A stretch of 64,000 nucleotides of DNA from Eubacteriales bacterium (lineage in GTDB: Bacteria; Bacillota; Clostridia; Oscillospirales; CAG-382), in contig JAZNZY010000005.1 of the NCBI GenBank assembly GCA_045595165.1, positions 22,945 to 86,944 of the forward strand, written 5' to 3'. Below the pieces are notes generated by a model. That model did no database searches, was not told the DNA's origin, and saw only the letters and a program-made list of their open reading frames with translations. A program made the translations under genes and the position numbers. Below are positions 54,356 through 63,000 of this stretch, piece by piece (position 1 is the first letter of the stretch; every line of letters starts with the position of its first letter).

Positions 54356-54841
54356 TTATTTTGCTATTTCTCCTTGAATGTTATTTTTCATACGCTGTAT
54401 ATATCCGCAGAACCGATCCAGCTCCTCGGGGGTAAAGCCCTTTACCAGCGTTTGCTCTACCACATATTTATCGTCTGCCATAAGCTCGATTATCTGCTCC
54501 CCTTTTTCGGTAAGGGTGAGCTTTTTAAGCCTTGCATCTCCGGAAACGCTATCGCGGCGGATAAAACCCTTTTTCTCCATAAGTATGACCACCTTGGAGG
54601 CAGTGGAACGGGTTATGCAGAATTCTTTTTCCAGATCTCTCTGAAAAACGTCCTTTTCCTTATGCTTGGACAGATACAGCAGTATCCATGCGTTGGAGCC
54701 CGTTGCGGTTTCCACGAAGTTTTTGTTAAGCTTCAAGGTTATAAACCGCATAATGAGATTGGACAGAGAGCGTATCTCCTTCCCCGCGGTGCTCATACCG
54801 TCATCGGGCGGGGTAACGCCTTCTCTAAGCTTTGGTTTCAT
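54356..54841 (-). CDS. MarR-family transcriptional regulator
   Basis: Winged-helix core QRDLEKEFCITRSTASKVVILMEKKGFIRR. An operator-like palindrome lies in its own promoter. Confidence 0.85.
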   Translation of the reverse strand: MKPKLREGVTPPDDGMSTAGKEIRSLSNLIMRFITLKLNKNFVETATGSNAWILLYLSKHKEKDVFQRDLEKEFCITRSTASKVVILMEKKGFIRRDSVSGDARLKKLTLTEKGEQIIELMADDKYVVEQTLVKGFTPEELDRFCGYIQRMKNNIQGEIAK

Positions 54842-54877
54842 TGCAAGCCTCCTTGTACGAAATCGGATTGTCGTATA

Positions 54878-54895
54878 TCAAACAATATCGTTTGA
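54878..54895. promoter_or_regulatory. probable MarR operator
   Basis: Palindrome TCAAAC-aatatc-GTTTGA immediately downstream of the -10 element. Confidence 0.55.
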
Positions 54896-54896
54896 G

Positions 54897-54925
54897 ATTA
54901 TACCAAACCTTTCCTCTACAGTCAA
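54897..54925 (-). promoter_or_regulatory. promoter of the MarR / zinc-ribbon / ABC-exporter operon
   Basis: TTGACT-17-TGgTATAAT. Confidence 0.7.
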
Positions 54926-55110
54926 TAGTTTTCATAGTTTGTTTACAAGATTAAAAATTTCGCCTGTGAACAGAAATCAAATTAATTTTGTCGCATTTGT
55001 AAATTGTGGTTTTTTGTGCCCGATATTTACATTTTGGTAATAATAACACAACAAAACGTTGAAAAAAGCGTGATATTCTTTACACACAAAATCCAAAGGA
55101 GGAAAAACAA

Positions 55111-55965
55111 ATGGAAAAATTATTAATACCCTTGTTTGCAGTATTGTTTATGTTTTCTGCCTGCACAGGAAGTCTTCCCGCCCCCGAAGAAAGCAGCGGA
55201 AATAACAGCAAGCCCCAAACAGAACAAAGTGTTCCCGAAAACGAAAGTTCATTACCCGAAAACGATTCGGAAGATATAACGATAATTGACCCTGTTGTAT
55301 CTCCCGACGGAAAGCTGACGGTAGTTTGTTCAAAAGATGAAATATACGTAACCGACGAAAACGGCGAAAAGACCTACCTTGATCTGTCCCTGTGCCCGAA
55401 GGACGCATCCGTTAAAGCGGCGCTGTGGCGGCAAGGCAAGGTATATATGACCTTTACCGGCGAAAAGGATACCGTGCTGTGCTGGGATATGGAAAACGAC
55501 CCCGTATACATAAAGGAAGGGATAAAAAACACCCTTTCTCCCTTGACATTGACAGAATACGATGTTATCGCCGCAGGGGATAATCTTTTGATTCCTTACC
55601 ACGACGGCACGATGGACAGCCCCGTTTTAAACAAGGATATGGTTTTGGGATACGTAGTGTATTACAGCGAAATGCAGGAAGGCGATATCACCCTCACGCT
55701 GAACGAGGGCGGAGAAAACGTATCCGTGCTTGCGGTTTCCGACAGCGTGATCACGGTTCTGGACTACGAAAACGAAAAGGCGGTTTCGGAAGCGATCAAC
55801 GTGAAGGCAGGCGAACAGCTCTTTATTAACTGCGTTATTCCCGAAGGATTTCCCGCGTATAAAATACAGCTAGTGTCCGGCGATTGCACCGCCACCTTTA
55901 CCCTGTCCTATGACGGCAGAGGCGAAACCAACGTGTATTTCTTAACGCCCGATACTTATAAATAA
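55111..55965 (+). CDS. lipoprotein, uncharacterised
   Basis: Lipobox LFMFSACTG and AAAGGAGG RBS. Confidence 0.7.
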   Translation: MEKLLIPLFAVLFMFSACTGSLPAPEESSGNNSKPQTEQSVPENESSLPENDSEDITIIDPVVSPDGKLTVVCSKDEIYVTDENGEKTYLDLSLCPKDASVKAALWRQGKVYMTFTGEKDTVLCWDMENDPVYIKEGIKNTLSPLTLTEYDVIAAGDNLLIPYHDGTMDSPVLNKDMVLGYVVYYSEMQEGDITLTLNEGGENVSVLAVSDSVITVLDYENEKAVSEAINVKAGEQLFINCVIPEGFPAYKIQLVSGDCTATFTLSYDGRGETNVYFLTPDTYK

Positions 55966-55969
55966 GCGC

Positions 55970-55997
55970 AAAAAATCCCCGAATATTCGGGGATTTT
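55970..55997. terminator. bidirectional terminator between convergent lipoprotein genes
   Basis: AAAATCCCCGAA-ta-TTCGGGGATTTT. Confidence 0.75.
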
Positions 55998-56066
55998 ATT
56001 TTTTGTGGGTGGCAGTTATTATCGGAACAAAAACGCGCACCACGGCATTATCGTTATTGTTAATAA

Positions 56067-56714
56067 TTACTTTTCGGTGCGGAACGCATAATATACGATT
56101 CCACCATATTCGGTATCGCCTTCCCAACGCACTACCACTTGGTATAGATAATCGCCTGCCGAAACCTCAATACAGCCTTCCTCAACGGGAATATTAACGT
56201 AATCCGAGTAATCGGAAGCGGTAAGCTCATATCTTTGTACTGTTATACTTGTGGGCAAAGCTTCAAAAGTAAAGGTGAGAGTTTCCCCTTCAGACACCTT
56301 TATAGAATCAATATATTCAATAAGCTTGAGGGGATGGTCGCTATCTGCTTCTATACCCATTTCAGTGCCGTCTTCTTGCTTTACCCTCCACGAATATGTG
56401 CACGCAGAACCATAAACGGTATCACTTTCTCCGGTTATCAGAAAGGAAGAAGGGTTTGCGGGAAATTTAGATTCGACGCTTGGCGTCAGACTTTCTTCCG
56501 TGGATTGGTCACCCAAAACGCTCTCTTCAGAGGAGGCGGTGTCCGTAACGGAAACCGTCCTTTCTTCATCACATTTTGAGCATTTTTCAAGGATATCGCT
56601 GACTTCATTGTCATAGACCTGTTCCCAGTTATGGTCACATTGAGAAAACTCGCATCCCATAAGAAGGCACACAAAAGCAAAGATCAAAGCAAAGCTTACC
56701 GTGCGTATTTTCAT
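56067..56714 (-). CDS. lipoprotein with Cys pairs after the lipobox
   Basis: Lipobox CLLMGCEF, then SQCDHNWEQ...EKCSKCDEE. Confidence 0.7.
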   Translation of the reverse strand: MKIRTVSFALIFAFVCLLMGCEFSQCDHNWEQVYDNEVSDILEKCSKCDEERTVSVTDTASSEESVLGDQSTEESLTPSVESKFPANPSSFLITGESDTVYGSACTYSWRVKQEDGTEMGIEADSDHPLKLIEYIDSIKVSEGETLTFTFEALPTSITVQRYELTASDYSDYVNIPVEEGCIEVSAGDYLYQVVVRWEGDTEYGGIVYYAFRTEK

Positions 56715-56735
56715 ACTTCCCTCCGGTGATTAGAA

Positions 56736-57347
56736 TTACCGTTTTTTCCTGAATCTTAAAACGGACCACATTATTATGATTATCTGCCCGGGGATTCCCA
56801 CCAAAAACAACTGCCAAATGGAAATTCCGCACAGCTTTAAGTTTATGTACAAAGCGGCGATAGCCGACCACATAAGCAATGATACGATAGGATAATTTTT
56901 GCGGACGGAAAACCACACCGAATTAAAGATAAGCCAAACGATAGCTGTAGCGGGAACGGCGTAAACGAATGCCAGCCAATGCAACACCTTGATCTGGGGA
57001 ACTGCCTGCAAAATAACGAACAATGCGGTGGCGATGAGCCACACCAAAAGCACGCTCATAGCAGTGATTGCCGTGTGGTTCACCTGCGTACGCTTTAATC
57101 TCGCCTCCGCATCCTCGGACACGGGGGCAGGTCCATCGTGCTCTTCCTCCGTAAGCCAATCCAGAGAAACCCCAAACAAAACGGCTATGTTTTTGAGCAC
57201 GGCAATATCCGGCAATGACTCTCCCCTTTCCCACTTGGAAACAGCTTTGTCCGAATAATTGATCTTCTCGGCAAGCTCGGATTGTGTCATTCCCGACATC
57301 TGGCGTAAGCTTATTATATTTTTGGAAATAATACTTTTAAGCTCCAT
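56736..57347 (-). CDS. membrane-tethered XRE-family HTH protein
   Basis: GMTQSELAEKINYSDKAVSKWERGESLP HTH plus 4 C-terminal TM segments. Confidence 0.8.
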   Translation of the reverse strand: MELKSIISKNIISLRQMSGMTQSELAEKINYSDKAVSKWERGESLPDIAVLKNIAVLFGVSLDWLTEEEHDGPAPVSEDAEARLKRTQVNHTAITAMSVLLVWLIATALFVILQAVPQIKVLHWLAFVYAVPATAIVWLIFNSVWFSVRKNYPIVSLLMWSAIAALYINLKLCGISIWQLFLVGIPGQIIIIMWSVLRFRKKR

Positions 57348-57377
57348 AAAAAATCACCGTCGTAAAGTTTACACTAC

Positions 57378-57406
57378 AGTATAACACATTCCGACGGGAT
57401 TATCAA
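57378..57406 (-). promoter_or_regulatory. promoter of the XRE-TM / lipoprotein pair
   Basis: TTGATA-17-TATACT. Confidence 0.55.
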
Positions 57407-57421
57407 GAAAAATATTCATTA

Positions 57422-57967
57422 TTATTGCTTTTTTGCCCGTTTATACAAAAATAGAAGCGAGGGCGTATTTTTGCGGAGAATAAACACGGGAAGCATACTC
57501 AACACGAAGTTTACCCCTGCCACGGGCAGCCACACAGATACGCCGCCGCAAAAGGGCAAAAGACCGATAACAAACCCGCCCACGGCGTTTACTATATGTA
57601 TCACCACGCCATAATTGGATTCCAGCAAGAAACGGAAAAGATACTCTTTATCGTCCGCGCTTTGGAGCTTATCCTTGTGAAATCCCGTAAATCCGCCCAG
57701 CTCAGGAACAAGGGCGGTTATTTTTTTGATCTTAAGCTTGCTGTAAAGCCGTTTTTCGGCACGGGAAACGTTAAACGCCTTTTTCTCCGGCACAAACCAT
57801 TTTTCAGGCAGACGGCGGATGAGAAAGGCGGTTATTCCGTCGTATGCGATAACGGAAACCGTGCCCAAAACCGAATACAGCGCGGTAAACCAAAATTCAC
57901 CGCCGAAAAGGGTGTTGAGGAGTATGATTATTACATTTGCTGACAGGATGACTGCTGTGTAGAACAT
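57422..57967 (-). CDS. small 4-TM membrane protein (possibly CrtO-like glycolipid acyltransferase family)
   Basis: 181 aa. The family guess comes from KLKIKKITALVPELGGF-type resemblance only. 37-nt overlap with the upstream acyltransferase gene. Confidence 0.55.
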   Translation of the reverse strand: MFYTAVILSANVIIILLNTLFGGEFWFTALYSVLGTVSVIAYDGITAFLIRRLPEKWFVPEKKAFNVSRAEKRLYSKLKIKKITALVPELGGFTGFHKDKLQSADDKEYLFRFLLESNYGVVIHIVNAVGGFVIGLLPFCGGVSVWLPVAGVNFVLSMLPVFILRKNTPSLLFLYKRAKKQ

Positions 57968-58809
57968 TTATCTTCCGTAACCGTTGTATACGTGAGGGGT
58001 ATTTCGTAGGTTTCTTCGTATACTTCCTTCCAGGCGTTGTAGTTTTTAACCATCATTTCGGTAGCGTTTTGCTTAACGTTCTTGTCGGATTCGGGGAAAA
58101 TAGGGGGAAGAATATGCACCGTATATGCCTGCAGAGGGAACCCGTCCCCGCCGTAAACGTCGGTATCCTCCATAGTGATAAAGAAGGGCACTACGGGAGC
58201 GTTAGCACGGGCGGCAAACCTGAACGCGCCCTCTTTAAGAGGACGAGGCTTGCGGTAGTTCCACCACATGCCCTGCTCGGGATATATGAGAATCTTCTCG
58301 CCACGCTTCAAAAGAACGTCAACCGCCACCATAAGCTCACGAAGCACGGCAATGCTGCTGCCCAAGGGCAGGGTGTTGCAATGACGGAAGAAATATCCGT
58401 ACAAGCCGGGGAAGGAGGTGTAGTTTCCTTCGCGGATGATCTTATAAAGGCGTTTTCTGCCGAGAGATTTTTCGATCGCCTTGAACACCGCATAGTTATC
58501 AAAGGCGTTAAAATGGTTGCAGGTTATCATCGCGCCGCGGTCTGCCACGGAAAGATAATTCTCCAGTCCCTTTACCTCTTTGATTATAAGCTGGCCTTGC
58601 TTGATCAGCTTATCAAAATAATTTTTCGCCACGCGGTTGGCGATCTCCGATGAGATCTTGGAAGAAAACTTTTTAAGAGTATAATCCACCTGACCGGGCT
58701 TTAAGGGAGTTGTTGGAGGATCGTTTTCAACGTCTTTATCAAACCAGCCCTTTTTTTCGTATTCCTTTATGCGTTCAAGCACCAAAAGACGCTCAAGAGA
58801 TTGCTCCAT
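57931..58809 (-). CDS. PlsC-type (lysophospholipid) acyltransferase
   Basis: HX4D motif CNHFNAFD and the IYPEQG block. Confidence 0.8.
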   Translation of the reverse strand: MEQSLERLLVLERIKEYEKKGWFDKDVENDPPTTPLKPGQVDYTLKKFSSKISSEIANRVAKNYFDKLIKQGQLIIKEVKGLENYLSVADRGAMITCNHFNAFDNYAVFKAIEKSLGRKRLYKIIREGNYTSFPGLYGYFFRHCNTLPLGSSIAVLRELMVAVDVLLKRGEKILIYPEQGMWWNYRKPRPLKEGAFRFAARANAPVVPFFITMEDTDVYGGDGFPLQAYTVHILPPIFPESDKNVKQNATEMMVKNYNAWKEVYEETYEIPLTYTTVTEDKCSTQQSSCQQM

Positions 58810-58814
58810 AATCT

Positions 58815-59774
58815 TTAAACCTCTGCGGGAAATTTTATTGTATGCCCTATAGGAAGCACGTAATCTGCACTCATAGCCGCCAAAGTGTCCTTGCGAGCGG
58901 TTTCCGCAAGAACAGAGAACTGCTGCTCGTCGCGGGCGATGTCTGCGGGAGAATAGTTATCACGTATGGCGCGGATATCTTCATAATATTCGGTCTGCTT
59001 GGCGTAATGCCAGAAATCCTCTTCGTAGCCCACACCATCGTAATGCCAAGGCTTCCAGTTTATCTTGTAATGTACGATTTTTGCGGGGTCGCCGTACTTT
59101 TCACAGCCGGGGAAGGAATTCTTGTTCCAATATTGAGGGAGCAAGAGCACGCTTCCGCGGCACAGCACGTTGAGATAATCTTCGTCCTGCGTTACGGTGA
59201 AGGTGTACTCGCTTATTATGTCCAAAAGGCGGGCTTGCATATCCACCTTGCGGAAGAGATCAAGATTAAGAACAAGAACGCCTGCGTTAAAATATGTATT
59301 TCTGCTTAAGCCCAGCACCTTCTCTACGTAAGTGCCGTATACATCGTATGCAAGCATTACTTCCTCGTTCATTGCGGCAACAAGGTTATCGCCGAGGTCG
59401 CAATTATAAAGCTCGGACACGTCGCCGCGCACGATGATATCGCAATCCAGATACAAGCCTCTGTCATATTCGGGGAACATGTCTGCGATAAGGAAGCGGT
59501 AGTAGGTAGCTTTTGTGTAATAATCACGGACGTGGAGGCGTTGGCTCATAGTGCGGATGCCTTCTTTAACATCGTTAAATATTATGTTGAAATTTTCGTC
59601 ACCATATTTGGAAAGACGGGAAACGTTTTGATCGTTCAAACCTTCGGTAAGTATGTGAATGTTGTATTGATATTTACGGGAAGCGTTCCGGGTGATAGAC
59701 TCCAATGCAACGCCGAGAAAGGGTGCGTAATTATCGTCTACCGCGAAGAAAACGGGTATTATAGGTAACGCCAT
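58815..59774 (-). CDS. family 8 glycosyltransferase
   Basis: IPVFFAVDDNYAPFLGVALESI N-terminus, DxD in LYLDCDIIV, and the NAGVLVLNL block. Confidence 0.85.
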   Translation of the reverse strand: MALPIIPVFFAVDDNYAPFLGVALESITRNASRKYQYNIHILTEGLNDQNVSRLSKYGDENFNIIFNDVKEGIRTMSQRLHVRDYYTKATYYRFLIADMFPEYDRGLYLDCDIIVRGDVSELYNCDLGDNLVAAMNEEVMLAYDVYGTYVEKVLGLSRNTYFNAGVLVLNLDLFRKVDMQARLLDIISEYTFTVTQDEDYLNVLCRGSVLLLPQYWNKNSFPGCEKYGDPAKIVHYKINWKPWHYDGVGYEEDFWHYAKQTEYYEDIRAIRDNYSPADIARDEQQFSVLAETARKDTLAAMSADYVLPIGHTIKFPAEV

Positions 59775-59807
59775 GATAAATCTTCCTCCAAAGGATTTGT
59801 TTTACAT

Positions 59808-59836
59808 ATTTTACAGCATTTTTAAGAAAATTTCAA
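59808..59836 (-). promoter_or_regulatory. promoter of the GT8-acyltransferase operon
   Basis: TTGAAA-17-TAAAAT. Confidence 0.55.
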
Positions 59837-59944
59837 CCTACTATTGGTATTTCGACGGTAGAGTTTGCGTTTTTTTGCTCTACCCTCAGTAGAATACGCA
59901 GATTTTATCATTGTTTTTTTCAGTAGAGTTCAAATTGCTCGAAA

Positions 59945-59980
59945 ACGCAGAAAGAACCCCGGTGTTAAAACACCGGGGCT
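59945..59980 (-). terminator. terminator after the dockerin-protein gene
   Basis: CCCCGGTGTT-tt-AACACCGGGG followed by TTCTTTCTGCGTTTT on the minus strand. Confidence 0.7.
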
Positions 59981-60024
59981 CTTCCGTTAAGGGGAGATTT
60001 TAAATATAATTCAGAAAGGAACGA

Positions 60025-63000
60025 TTATTCAGCTTCGTCTTCTTCAACTTCCCAGCCAGGGATAACGTAAGTGCCAAGGAATGCACGCTTAACGAGATAG
60101 TAATCTCTTGCGTTAACCTTGCCGTCGCCGTTTACGTCTGCAACGCCGTATGCTACGTCGCCGAGATCCTCAGCGGTGATAGTGCCGAGAACGAGCTTTC
60201 TGAGGATTGCATAGTCGGTAGCATCGATTTCACCATTGAGGTTTACATCGCCCTTGCCGAAGCCGGAAACAGCCTTCATGGTGTATGCGGTATCCTTGGA
60301 GGTATCGATAGCGAAAGTGGTTGCAAGATCGATATCGCCGAGAAGGAGATACTTGCCGATAAGTTCGCCGTGGCAGATTGCATCGTAACCGGTGCAGTTA
60401 GAGGTTACGTAGTACAAGAAGCCGCCTTCGGGAATTTCGGTTGCGAGGATAGCATCCTTGCCGCCTACAACGCCGGTAACGAGATATGCGCCGCCAACAT
60501 TTTCTACGATGTAAAGGATATCAGCATCCTGAACATAACCAGCCATATTAGGAGCGTCGCCTGCAGTCTTGGGTGCATCGGGAACGAGACCGGAGATGAT
60601 CTGGGTTTCGAAGCAGTGCCAGCTGTAGTTGTAGTTGTGAGATACGAGAAGATCCATATCTGCTGCGGGAGCAAGTACGGTTGCAGATGCATCTGCGGTG
60701 GTGGTGCAGTTAGCTATATCAAGACCGTTGAAGAGAACGATATCGCCAGCCTTAAGACCGGACATTATAGCCTTTGCATATGCACCAGAGGATGCGCCGT
60801 AGCCCTCTTCGCTGGAGGTCCAAGCAACCCATACGAATCCGCCTTCGGGAATTACGAGAGAGTTGTTCTTAGCGCCTTCGCTGCCGGGAGCAGCAACCTC
60901 AACAACAACGTAACCGCCGTTTGCAGTGGGAGCAAAAGATACGTGATACCACCACTCCATGCCTACGCCTGCATAAATTTCAGCATCGGTGAAGATATAA
61001 GCTGCGTGGAAGGTGTTGATACCGGTGTTCCAATCAGCGTGGTTGAAGTTTTCAACTACCTGAGATACAACAACGTTTGCTTCGAAAGCTGCGTTGAAGG
61101 TAAGTTCGCCGGGAACGTTCATCTGGTTCTCTACATCGTAGGGAGCAACGATGATCATAATCTGGTCGCCTTCGGAAACTTCGAGAGAAGTGGTAGCGGA
61201 AGAATCTTCGCTATCGCACCACTGAGTATCGCCGTAAGTACCTGCGGTGATGTTGTGTACAACGTAGGTCCAAGCGTCTTCGGGCATGGTAATGGTAAGA
61301 GTGCCGTTTGCGGTAGCGGTGTATACATAGTGTACAGCGCCGTCAAGATTGTCTGCGGTGAGGTTTGCGGTGATATCGCCAAGCTCATCAAGAACGATGG
61401 GGTTGGAATATGTGCCGAGGATTACAGCAGAGATAGAAGGATAGGTGTCTATTGCTTCTGCGCCTGCGTTAACGATGGTAAGAGTATCGCCTTTTGCGAG
61501 GATTGCAACGTAGCCGAGCATGCCCATTTCAAGAGCTTCGCCGTTTACGAGAACGGTTACGTTTTCATCCCAAAGGTTGAAGTTTGCGCCGTTTTCAAAT
61601 GCAACGGTATAAGTAACAGCGGTGTTAGCGGGAACGCTGAGAGCGCCGTTTACTCTGGGGTTGTGTGCGGGGAGTTCGCCGCCGTCAACTTCGTTGAGTG
61701 CGGGAGCTTCCTGAACATCGAACTGGAAGGTGTAGATATCAGCCTTACTTGCATTGAAGCCGTAGGTAGTGAATGCGTAGTAGTACTCAATGTACTGAGC
61801 ACTGCCGTTGTAAGCTGCGTTTACATTCTTGATGTACCAGCCGTTTTCAGCTTCTTCAAGTACCCAGAGGCTGTATTCGGAAGCTTCGTCTTCAAGAGTA
61901 AGGTTGTTGCCGGTTGCGCCGGAGGTGAGGTACTTGCCGTTGCAGATGAAGTAAATGCCGTCATCGGTAATGTCTACGGTAAATACTGCGCCGTTTGCAA
62001 CATCAGTGCCTGCGAGTCTGTACTTATTATTATATACGTCTTCTTCTGCGGAAATTGCCAAGTTGTCTGCAGGATAAGTAATAACTACGTTATCGCCGTC
62101 TTCGAAGGGAAGTGCGGGAACTTCTACGTAAGAAACAGCAATTTCGGTCATCATGTTGAAGAAGTAAGTCTGATCAGCTGCCATAGTGGAGCTTACAGTG
62201 TAGGAAGAAGCGGTAACATCTTCGCCGAGATCAATTACAACTGCGTGTACCTTGCCGTCTTCGCCAACTACGGATTCGGTGGTGTTTTCAACAGTGTAAG
62301 TCTTGCCGTTTACGGTTACTGTGGTGCTGGTGGGCATATGGATGCAGGAGTTAGCTTCATCCCAGTAGTATACAGTAACGGTATTGAAAGTGGTTTCTTC
62401 ATCAAGTGCAATAGTTACGTCCCAAACATTCGCTTCTGCGTTGTTGTTCATAACTGCTACGAGATATGCCTGGTTGCCATCGAAGCAGCCAAACTTGCCT
62501 TCTGCGGTTTCGCCGTCAACAAGTACGTCTACGCCTGCATAAGGAGCTTCGAAGAGCTGTATGTCTTCAGGAACGGAGATGCCGGAAACGGGAGCTTCGG
62601 GAACTTCCCAAGTTACGGTGTGAGCGTTTGCAGAATCCCACGCGGACCAAGCGAAAGTATCGCAAGGAGCGTAGAGACAAGCATTGTTATTGCCATCTGC
62701 ATCGGTATTGGAAACGCAGATAGTGAACTGGAATTCTTCGTTGCCGCCGGAAACTTCAGCAAGAGGAAGTGTGAAGGTAAAGGTGTTGTCTGCGAGAGCA
62801 ATGGTGCCTTCGGTGCCTACAACGCCTGCGGAAGTCTTGGAATAGATGGAAACAACGTCATTAAGGATAAATCCATCATAAAGCGCATCCCACTTTTCGG
62901 CGCCATAGTTTATCCAGAGACGAACGTTGGTGCCGATGCCGTTGGCGCTGGTGGTGGTTTCAGCAACGCTAACGAGATCATCGGTTACGATAACGTCAAC

